Shown: one piece after another, positions 1 through 12,100 of the stretch
Layout: every line of letters begins with the position of its first letter
Position numbering within the stretch: position 1 is the stretch's first letter
Assembly: GCA_030248215.1 (NCBI GenBank)
Contig: JASANG010002092.1
Coordinates: 372,001 to 436,000, forward strand
Reading direction: 5' to 3'
Length of the DNA: 64,000 nt
DNA from: Enoplolaimus lenunculus
Lineage: Eukaryota
Made by a program: the position numbers and the translations under genes
The notes under the pieces: generated by a model
Seen by the model: the letters and a program-made list of their open reading frames with translations, nothing else
Database searches by the model: none
Told to the model about the DNA's origin: nothing

Positions 1-151
1 GATCGTGAGCAACCACACGCAAGTGTTATTCCTTTTACAGAAAAGCCTCAACAATTTATTTCAAAAGCGCCATTTTAATTTTGATCACTGCGTTATCCCA
101 ATAGAAACCGAAATCCTAATAAATTAGCCATTTATTTTGTACTTTATTTAC

Positions 152-3100
152 CTTTGAGCTTACGGTGACCACATCTAAACATTCGTAATAACTGTAGTCG
201 TTGACTGGTTCAGTAGGATTATCAAGTAGTTGTCTCATTGCTTGAATGCTCCGAAGAGCATTATCGCACTCCTTTGTCCAAGGACCACTCGAAATGCAAA
301 CGTCTAACAAACAACAAAATCAAGCTATATACGTACGCAGATCACAAAATGCAATGACTATATCGGAGTCAATTACAACAGCGCAACTACGTTTTGATAG
401 TTGTACAAATAGCCTAGTGTTGGGACTTATATCCTCTAACGTAGTAAATGTGGTTCATTGCGAAAACACAAGGAACACTTCAAGTGGGTAGAAGAGAACT
501 ATAGCTACCGTAATTATTCCTCATATGCTTCAACTGGAGGACCTTGGGGTTCGCTACGAGGGTGGGGGTCGTGGTGGGGCCCACCACTTACCAAAAGCCA
601 TCCCCTTTAAGATTTTCCCGCGGCTCATCACCAGTATGAATTAAACATACCCTGTCCTCTTGATCATATGTTTTATATATTTGACCTGAGTTTATTATTT
701 ATATGGTTGTTTTTGACTATTTGCTTGTAGGCGTAACTAAACACTGGCTAGTGCAACAAACTGACGCTTTATTGAAAATTCTGCAACCCCCACTCAGAAA
801 GTTTTCCCCGGTTGCAAACCCGGGGTCCCCCGACTCAGTCAATGCCTAGAGGAAGTTCGGTCTATTGGAAGGCACCGTACTACGAGCACAAATAGTGATT
901 TGATTGTATTTTCGTCGGCTTGGAAATATTTTGTAAAAGAGTCTTTACAGTTTCACTGAACCTTCGATGTTGCCTTACTATGAGTCGTTATAATGTAGTC
1001 GAGTCATAGACGTACGCAAGGAGGGGGTGGGGGCACGGCCGCTTCAGCCTTCGACGTCAAGCCATCAACATAAAAATTACCAGTGAAAAAATAACCAAAC
1101 AATTTTGTAGCCTTATAAAATTGTATAGAATCCGCCCCCCCTTTAACATTCCTGTGAATGCCTCACGTTATCTTTGTGTCATAAGTTCAGAACAATCTGT
1201 GGTTCCAAACTGGCTGTGTTTATTCCGGTACCATACACCTTAACAGTGTTAGACCTTTAAAATGCAAAACATGCGGCTGGCTTATAAATCACTTCACTAG
1301 AGATATGTCATTTACCGTATCAATTCTTTTTGTCAAGGTTTATGTGACCGCATTACAAGCTTCGTACTGACCGCGAGTAACCCAGCTCAAATTAGACATG
1401 TACGCATGGGCGTAGCTAAGACGTAAGAATAGGGTAAGGGGTATTACGTTCTATAAGAATTACGAACAAGGGGGAGGGTTATTGCGTCGCAAAAATCACT
1501 CGACTATGGGGATTTACTGTTACTGTGTTTATTTTTGTCTAGACTAGGTATAAACATACTTAGTCGAAACTGGTACGGAGTTGCTACAGGTATGCTTACT
1601 GCCGCATTTTATCATACGAAAAAAGTTACTACCACATACTCCTAGTTTTAATCCAAGAGTAACAAATTTACTACGCAATTAATCCAGTAGTAACTTAACT
1701 ACCGCTTTTGGTGTACGGCCTTGATAGTATTTTAGCATGCACAGACTCTATTTTCGAAATAATTTTCTATTTTAACCGAAAGTTTCAAAACCATTTGAAT
1801 TTTAGATTTTTTGGAGTTCGTTTATACAAATATAATATACAACCAAGACAGCCTCACCCAATAATTTGTTGACACAGTCTGTGACACTTCGCGTGTATGC
1901 TGAAAGATTCGCTTTAACGGAAGGAGCACTAGGATCAGCGGCAGATGATTTGAGTTGAACCAGAAATCTACCGGTTTGTTGCGCAAGAGACCGAAGACCT
2001 TCTATAGCTTGTTCACGAGTTGCCTGATCCTATATACGTTAATGCAAAAAAACTGCCAGTTAAACATTACGCTCAAAGAGGCTTAATGATACAAGAATAC
2101 TAAGGCAGAATAAGGCGGAATTTATTGTCACCCAGGCCTATAACATAACAGTTAACGACTAGGTTTGTGATTTCATTGCAAGCGGAGACATGATTCTTTC
2201 TAGACGATTTTCGCATTTCAAAGCTTTTAGAAAACAAGTTCATATCAAAGGCATTTATTGCTGGCAGTTATCTTGCACAATGTGTTACTACAGTAATGGC
2301 ATCATCAACAGCATTATGATTTTAAAGTTGAAAAGCGGCAGGTAAGGGTTTTGAAATTTTCTTTAAATCTAATTATGTTTAAGAAAGCACAGACAAGTTT
2401 TTGTCACAGAATACAATGCAGGACTAAACAGCAAGGTTCCAACAGGAAATAAATTTTGCCGGAACAGGAAGTGAATTTCTTTGCAAGAAGGAAGTGAATT
2501 TCTTTGCAAGAACAGGAACAGGAACCGGAATTTGAAATACTTTTCATCAAAGAATTACTGTTGGATTTTTTACAAAACTTGCCAAAAGTGCTTAAGTGAA
2601 TTTTCAGCTATTTCATTAGCAAATTTTGCGAAAACATGCCATAAAACGCTTTTTACACAATTGAGCTAATTGCCAAAACACTCATTTCGAAATAACAATT
2701 TTTCAAAGGCAAAGTTTCCAATATTTAAATGATTATTAATAATTTGACACAAAACCGCAAAAATCCGGTTCCTGCATCTTTGAATGCAGGTCCAGGACCA
2801 GGAATAGAAAATTTGCAAAAATTCCGGCCGGAACAGGAATTCCGGTTAAACCCTGCTAAACAGTATTTTGTCGTACGTGTTAGTGGTATAATAAATTTGC
2901 TTAAAACTCCCCAATAAGAAAATACGGCTAGGCCCAAACAGCATACTAGATCCAAAACGTGAATTCATTTCATAACCTACCTCAGTCAAATACGTAATTT
3001 CGAGACAGATGGCAACGAAACGTTTGAATACAACCATTAACTCTTCAACAGATTTTGCAAGAACTCGTGGCGAACTTCCAACCGATGTTGACACATTGGC

Positions 3101-6100
3101 AGTCGCTTCAATAAGGCGGCTTGCGACAGTTGTAAGATCTTCTTGCACTTCATTGAAAGACCGCTTTGTTGGTTGTAACTGAAAAATACAAAACTTCAAC
3201 ACTACTTACCTACGACTTTCACTGCTTATAATATCGGAAAGGCACATAAAAATAGCAGCTCAATGTAAACATAATTAATCAAAGGTCTATAATCAAAAAT
3301 TTTGTTGTTGGTAGCCTATAGAATTTATCTCTTACCAGACTTAATTAAATACATATCTCCAAATGTAGGATTTAGTTTCAATTCCCTTGAAAAACCAACT
3401 TACACGTTCAACAGATATTGATTCCACGCAAGTTGTTATGCCTTGTATTGCTGTGTCGATGCTTTGTTGTCCAGGCAAACAATTCACGCATGTGTTTAAA
3501 CTGAATGTTACTCGTTTAGCGACCTAAGATTTACAAACATATAGTTAATGCATGTGGCGCTAATGAACACAGGAAGAAATCCTGGTGCGAAAACTAATTT
3601 CTACGTTGATAATTTCACGTCCTTACAGATTGCAATACAAGAAATGTTTCGCTGGGATTACCCCTGTAAGTCTTCGCTGACTTAGCAGCTTAAAACAAAC
3701 ACGCATTGCTAGTGCACAGTGCGCTAATGAACAGCAACAGCTAGGATCAAAACTCAGACGAACATAACAGCCATCACTGCAGCTTGCCCAGCATGAAAGG
3801 GGTTTCATTTGACTAATCCCTGCAAGCGCTGTTACTGCTCATGGACCTAATGAACCGCAGAACCTATGTAAAAATCAAAAATATTCATATAGATACTCCT
3901 CGCTATAGATACGGTTGGATAACTACAAAAGTCCCATTGGCCAAATCCCTGCAGCCATTATTACCATACAAGGTGCTAATAAACAACGGGACGTAGGTCC
4001 AAAAACTTAGATGTAAATTAACGGCTATCCATAAATCTGTCCATCAACAAAGAGGCTTTGTTTGACTAACCCCGGTAAGTCGTTGCTGATTATCAGGTCG
4101 ATCAGGTTGTGCAAGACACGATTTGACTTCAGTCATCAACTCCCGTGATTCGGACATCACAGACAATCCAGCGTCAATCAATCGGTCTCGGGGCAAAGCC
4201 ATATCGGTGGCAACAGTTGCGCGAACTGCTTGCGATAAGTGACGAAGTCCTTCTGCAGTGCCTTGCGCTGAATGGCCAACGTGTTCTTCATCTCCCTAAA
4301 ATAAGCGCATACAGGTTTAAGTTTCGTAACACCTAAGCTTTAACTACACATTTCACACATCGGGTAATACTAATCTGTGCAAAAAATACCTAATCCGCCA
4401 AATTAACTAATGTATAAATTATCTACTGCAATGTTCGGTTCTCCGCCACAAAAATAGGGTTCAAAAATGCTTTACAATAAATATAGCTATGATAAATATG
4501 AAATATAAATTCTAACAATATGTTTCGTTAGGTTCACAGTGGCACATAGACGACATCAGTATTAAACTTACCTGAGCTGTCGCTGCAAGCAACTGTGCCA
4601 TACTTGCTCCGACTGCTTTTGTTGAAGCGTTCAATTGAGCGGCAGACGATTCTGGCTAAAATTGGAAATAAAAATAATGTAATTAAAAAGCACATTATTT
4701 CAAATAAAATGGATTGCGGTGTTCCAATAGCGGGGAAAAGGCCACCCAAATTCAAGATTCTCCCCCTCCCCCGAACCCACTTTAATACGGGCATGAATTG
4801 TAGGTCGAGGCCAAGCAGCGGTACTGCAAATTTTTAATTTTTGCCCCTACCTGGTAGTTGGTGGCTTTGGTCCGAACCTCGCCAGTAGCCTATGGACCAT
4901 GGAAGACACAAATCGACAATCCTTGTAAGTAATAAAATGGCATAAATGTACAGCCTTCATAAAAAAACTGAGTATCGGGATATCTGTATGTTTAACCGTT
5001 GAAACAGACAACACATTACAAAGTTCACTTACCGTGTCTCCTGGTAATGGATGAAGCCTGCCTTGATTAGCATGTTGCCGAAACTCGGTCATTTCTGCTT
5101 CAAGCGACTGAATAATTTCAATTGCGATATCAATTTGTGACGTTGTAAATGCATCCTGTGCCTGAAATAAAAACGGACAAAACGTTATTCGTATTTCATT
5201 GCACCCACAAGTCTAAAATCCATAATTATATGACCGATCATTATTAAAGTTCCAGTTCGCCCGAATTATTGAATAGTTAATATAGTTTTTGATTATATAA
5301 CCAGACAAAAATTGACATACACATGACAAGAAAACTAACACCCGACCCTCATGATATTACTTGCTTCTGTTCCATCCTTCTTGCTTACCTTGGTAACAAC
5401 TGTTCTCAATTCTGACAAATCAGTTGCGAGTTGTTTTGAAGTTGATGACAATTGCGCTGCGGTCGCAGTATCGTCTATCGTAGGCAAAGCGCCTCGTGAC
5501 GCACTGACCAAGTCGGTACATGGCTAAAGTGGACCAGAAAATTTATCAGACCTGATAGCAACAATAACTCATCAAAACAAAACTGAAAGAATAAAAAATA
5601 TTAAGAATATACTTATCACACACTTACAATAACAAACAAGTCTAAAAATTTCACCTTCAGACAACAAACTTTTAATCCACATACTGCAATTCAGCTGCTC
5701 CTACAAAGGAATGTAAAACTTTTTGAATAGATATCCTCGAAAATATTCCTACATACGACTATCTTCGTCATTAACCGTTATACTGACACTTCATGCACAA
5801 TTCTGACATTTTCCGCGTACACTAATAATATGCTAGCAGCGGTATATACTACCACACTTTATCTTTCTTACCTTGAGGAATTCTTTCGAGATCCTGAGTA
5901 ACTCAATTTGATTGAGTGCACTAGACGGATCGCTTTGGCTGCGTTTTGCAATATGCACAACTTCTGGAATTATTTCGTTGGCTGTCTGAAAGACAACCTA
6001 GTTCATTAATAATATAAAGCGAACAATGATAGATAATTATTCACGACAAAAATACAAAACTTCAAGGTTGTCTCTAAGTTTGTGAAACATAATTTAATGC

Positions 6101-9100
6101 TGATGAATAAGACATGACTCAGCATCACTGCATTTTCTACCAATGTTTAAAGCCGGGTTCGAACACTTCTGGTTTTGGTTTAGCAGGTTCCGGTTCCGAT
6201 TTCACGATTACAAACCGGAACTGAAGCTTTAAGCTTTTTGAAACCACGATCTGTAAAACAGCTACTTGTACCAGCTGCTTGTGTTATTAGTGGAGCGGAG
6301 CATGGTTACACTTTTTTAGTATTTATTCGATGCCAATGAAATTTCGTTAATGAGATCTTTTTAACTCATATAAAATGGTTTCCCCCAGAAAAGGGAGTGT
6401 TAAGAATATTTTTCTAAAAGTTTCGGTCCCGCTTGCTGTTCTGTTTAGCAGGTTCTGGTTAAGGGTTATTTGCGACGTGCCGTGCCGCACGTCGGCGTCG
6501 CGTTGTAGCAAACTCACATCGCTAGCTTGAGCTAATTGTTGGGCACTGTGCAAATTGGTGTTGTATTGGACACTTGCTTTTCCAGCGAAAATAGTTTGGG
6601 TTGCCGAAGCTGTAGTGTGTCGTACAACTTGCTGGAATTAAACAAATGCGAATATTAAGTTTAGCTCATCCGTGATATATTACTGCGATTCACTTCCAGT
6701 TGCTAGCATTTTTAATCAACAGCTTTGCCTACTTATTGTTCAGTAAGGCCCGCCACTAGCTACAAAATTAGCGTTTATATATGTTCACCATTTTAATGCA
6801 TCTAACGAGAACAACCCAACGTATTTGAAATTTCAGCCAGAATCAGAAACTAAGCAAACACATAAGGCATAGATATAGAGAAACGCAAAACTAGAATTCC
6901 AGCATATAAACAAAATTGTATACATTGCCACTGCTGCTGCTGGTGGTACCAGGTCAAGTATTCACACATACAAACATATTTTCAGCAACTCTAGCCTACC
7001 TAATCACTGTTGTATCCTGGACTGCAATCTCGGACAGAATTAAGTGTAACCGCTAACGCGTTATAAACCGCAGCTCTGACGGCGATTGGTCATTTCTTGG
7101 ACGCAATAATATTTTTTATCGTTTGTATAAAAACATGGTAACAACCGCGGTTTGAATCCAACTGCTACCGCATCTCTATCGGCGACTGGTCGCGGGCAAA
7201 AAAACCCACCGCAATTACAAAACCACGACCACTGGGCACTTAATTGTGTTCTGTGACTGTATACAAGGGCTTTATTTCTTATAAAATTTCACTACTTACT
7301 TCAAGCCGTTTAATAATTTGAAATCGAATCTGATCCGAAGCGGCGTCCGTGGTCGCAGAGCGAACATCTTCCGCGGCCGCAGTAAGCGCCAATTGATGTG
7401 AAGCTTCATGAGGACTTGATGCACAACTCTACAATATACAGCTGAAGTACGTAATGTAAACAGTAAACACAATCATATGCTTACGTCATACGAAATAAAT
7501 TGAAATATATCACTCATCACTGCATACATTAACTTAAAAACTCTGGGGTAACAAGTCAGCAAGAAATCTAGGTTCTATGCAACGCTGTAAACACGCAAGG
7601 CACACGAGTGCCGCCAACAGCGAAAACTTAAATCCATCAGAGCGATATAGCAAACTAACTGAACTCAAATCAGGACAGTTCAAAACAAATTCAAACTAGA
7701 GATACACCAGATTGCTATAAAATTAAAGCATTGAAACAGGTTTTAGATATTCTTTTTGTATGATCGTTGTCGGCAGCGAAAAAATTTGAAAAATACCTAG
7801 CGGCGAAAAATCACATAACACTATATTTTTCAGTTCCCAAAGTTGTTATAATTTGTTAACTGAAAGTTGTTTAATAAGTTAAGATAGGTACTGCAGAAAT
7901 TTTATACAAAATGAATTTTTGCCTAATTGATTTTTATTCTGATGAAATTTCAAGGGCCTCAGCACAGACAACTCATTTCTTGCCCATAGCAAATCTGGTG
8001 TCACTGTACCCTTATATTTTAGTTAGTGATGTCAGTAATGTTAGCAATATTTTCAGCTATGATTCCGTGATATATACTAACATATTATATAACAACATTC
8101 CTCATATTTAGTGTGATTGTTTACAATATTATAAAAACAGTTTATTTGAAATACATAGCATGGACAATAAAACAAGTGAACAGCTAGAAGAGCAGAATCA
8201 TTAACAGACAATGCCAAAAGAACTAAGTGAAACACAACAAGGAATACCCACAGTCTGTTAAAGCGCGGCATGTAATTTAAGTCCTGAATTTTGTCTTTTG
8301 ATTTCAGCTCAGCAAAGCTGTTACAACAAGATCTATTTACTAAACTAGTGCATTGCGAAACATGTTTAAACAGAAGAAAAAATGAAATTACTTGTTTAGC
8401 TATTAGGAATAAACTATTGGAATTTTTCTGCCACTAACAACGGTTAAATAATGCTATATCGCTGGCCTAAATTCAGAGGACCCCAATAACCGCTACTAAT
8501 ATACAAAAACACTATGCGCTAGACATTTGAGTGCAATTTTTCAAAGAAAATAAAACTGTAATTAAGATTTGCAATGTGACTATAATCTTTTACTAGATTA
8601 ATAATTAATATCACTTAATGAGAATTGCCGAATTTTAGTTATAACGACCTCGCCAATTTGGTGATTAATCATTATTATACTTCTGTCACGCATTTGTGCA
8701 CTACGCATTCCAGCACTCAAACATCCACCTCTTCATAATCTAAGTAGAACTATACTGCATATTTAAAAAACTAAGCTAAAAAATTTTGTATAACGTTTAG
8801 CAAACAGAACCGAAAAAAACGATAAACAAATATAGGTGTAACACTTTGCGCTTACATCTGGCCCGAAAGACCGGTGTAAGCGCTTTTAAAGTAACCGACG
8901 CCGCTGATGCTATGAGACGGATTGCTAACCTTCGCTGCTTCAATCATTCGAGTTGTTGCGTCTGCAAGATGTCGTGCTGCTCCCAACAGCCGTTGGCTAT
9001 CATCTGTGTCCGGTTTGATTTCTGCTTCTCCTTTGATATGACTTACGAGATGAGTTGTTGCCTGGACACATACATGTTAAATTATTGCATGTGAAACAGA

Positions 9101-12100
9101 TTAATGCAGCATTGACAATTTAGTTTTTTCAAGTAGGGCAACAAAAACTTGGGTTAACGAGTAGCACTATAACGCGTTTTCATTCTTAGGGCTGAGTTAA
9201 CGAGTAGCAACAAATGTTACTAACACGTGTTATAGAGAGAGCAGAAACACGTGTAGGTGGAACTTAGGTGTGTTTTCTTTGTTGCGGTAGCGTTAACTAA
9301 CGCGTAGCATTATAGCAATCACATTAGAGGCCAATACACAAGGAAAAATGACACTTGCATTGTAAATTTAAGGGACAACAAAAACGAGGTTTGCTAAACT
9401 TTTGAAAATATTATTCACGTCTAACCTCAGCGAGCACTTTTGCCTGGCGAATCATTTCATTATTTGACGCGCCTTGATACGATATAATTTTATCGGTTGT
9501 TGCTATAATTTTTTCGACTTCTTGATCATGAACGGTAACACGTGCGCGAGGACCAGCACGAATATGTCCCAGCAACGAACTCAATGCTTCGGTCACTTGC
9601 CGCGCGGCATCACGTAAATCACCCAGAGGAGCGGCGTTATCTACACATGACAGCTAAAATTTTTTAAACACTTCATAATAAAATAACATATTAAAGCGGG
9701 TAAAATATAGAATTAACAGCTCGCACTACTGCGTATCTACTAGATTTTAAGCGCTAGTTCACAAAAGTGAGTGTTGTTCTCTAATTTCGAATCAGCTAAC
9801 CGCGTACAGATACTAAAATTTTGTAGTCTCTTCTAAACCCATATTCTCAAATTTGTGTAGCACCTATCGCCAGTTGAGGGATATAATAGATTTTCAAATA
9901 AAAGAGCTGCTGTAGATGCGGAACTCAAACGTGTTGATTGCAAGTATAATAAACCAAACGTCAGAAATCTTCTTTATTTCGAAACCCACCACTTACTGAT
10001 TACCAGTTGGCGATTTGTCTTGTAACTTTGGAATCAGTGAACGGTGATTTTAGAAATTTAGCCCATTATTGCATTTGTTTTGTCCTACTTCAGTGCCAGT
10101 TTTCAAATCGGCAATAAATTGTAGGACTTCATTAGCGTCTAAACCTATAGCAAACTGGTAGATGTTATACGCATGTGAGAATGTAGGCCCTGTCCATACC
10201 TCAGCGTCCTTCAACAATTGTTCCACAGCTTTCGCTACTTGTTTCGCAGCATCGGTGAGTTGTTCTTGACATGCCGGGCTTTCAATCGTGGGTGCAACTA
10301 CACGGGCGCATGCGACCAATTGCGATGTTGCAAACGCGCAACGCGTTGCCGACTGAATAACAGCTTCTTGAAGGGTGGGATCTACACACTGACTTGAAAC
10401 TTTTTTCGCTTCGAGAACAAGTTGTGCAGTAGACGTTGCTACTGCTTTGGCAAGTTGGACAAGAATGTCCTGAAGATACTTTTTCAACATACTATAAAAA
10501 CACAACAATTTTGCTGCCAAATTTTGAAATCAGTAGTTAAACCTTAAAATAAACATTCAAAGAGTTGCTACGGAATTTTAAGTTTACAAACTAAAAACTC
10601 ACACAAAAAATTACCTGAAATTCTTTGGCTTCGTCCGATGGTTCGTCAATGGTTTGAATCATTGCATGACTGGCATCGCCAACGCGACCTGCGGCAGCAA
10701 GAACGTTTTGTCGAGGCTGAAACAAAACAAACGCTGAACATAAGCAAAATTACAAGGTGACGATATCTAATCAAGCAAACCAAAATCATGGGTGTATGAA
10801 TTAGTAGGTGATGTGTCTGTTGAATTGAAAAGCTAATGAGTGTTTGCCAATCACCACCAGATTGCCCTAATGTAGTTTTGCACGCATTTTATCAAAACAA
10901 TTTTTGTTTCAATCAGCAAGGACAGACAACGCAAGCTAAAAATAATTTCGCTTAGACTTTGATGATTTCGTCAGCCCAAGTGCCTACGGATTTATGGTAC
11001 AGCAGATAGAAAAAGAAACCCGAGTTTTTATACATCAAACAGCGCAGGAATGTGTTGTTTCGCTTTCAAAATATTTGTATTTACGTGCATTTGCACGGAT
11101 TTAAACACAAAAGGACTACAGAGCTTCACGAACACAAAACACTGGACAGTGACAACACTATTTTTACCGCTACAGGATCCACACGCTCCACATCATGAGC
11201 CGCAGGGGGAGGCAATTTTGACTTAAAATACGACAAACAGAAGAAATGATAGCTTAATGGCGCAGCTGACAATATTTTACCAAACAACATGATACTAATG
11301 TCGACACCTTCCAACAACTGCTATTTTCTGATCAAAAACACTGGACAACTGCTGATAACAGAAATCCATGTTATGCGCACTTTGTTCGAATCAGGGACGA
11401 ATAACCACTTTTTAACTAATTTGACCTCATAATTGCTGAGATAGAGTGGCTTCGTTTACAATACAGGTAAGTAAAACATTCACCTAAGAAACCACGTTGA
11501 AAACTACAGCAATTTCTGTCTACAGCACTCAAACAACAACAACGTACAAACCAAGTAACCAAATAAACATTAGTGTTAAATAATATTACGTACTTCCGGT
11601 TTTTCAGGACTGACTGCGGTCAGTAGATTTGAAAATGCTCCACACAAGCGTCGCGTTGCGCCGATGAGATCAGTTTTGCGTTCTTCTTCTTCCATCAATG
11701 CAGCAATATTTTTAACACCGCGCGTCATGTCCGGCAAATTTGACGAAATTGTCGATACAGCTGTGCCAACAGCAGTATAGTCAATACGATCCGGCACTGA
11801 AACACAAAAATTAATACTTTTAGCATCCATAAGTATCGCTGAAACAATCCAATGACGCAGGCGGCTGGGTTGGGCGTCAAACCTATCCGCTTTCTCATTT
11901 TTGTGTCCAATTGTCTGGTTAAGCATAAGAGATAAACATGAAATTTAACAGATACAAGCCAATATAAATCAGCAAGTTTAAATTTTACATTACCATTCGG
12001 TTATCACCGAAATTCATTCTTCGCATTAGTGGAAGGTGACTAAATATACTAAAAAGGTTTAAGCTTAGAGCCGAAAATCTCAATCCTTGAAAATACTTTT

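Noticed and set aside
2481..2955. ORFs with RNRNRN or PEPEPE repeats (also at 20745, 28600, 28757, 41921-42979)
   Set aside because: Translations of hAT MITE subterminal hexamer repeats; no transposase motifs.
3552..4090. Tandem units as a snoRNA or miRNA cluster
   Set aside because: No convincing C/D or H/ACA boxes or hairpins on the transcribed strand; the units align with the talin exon end instead.
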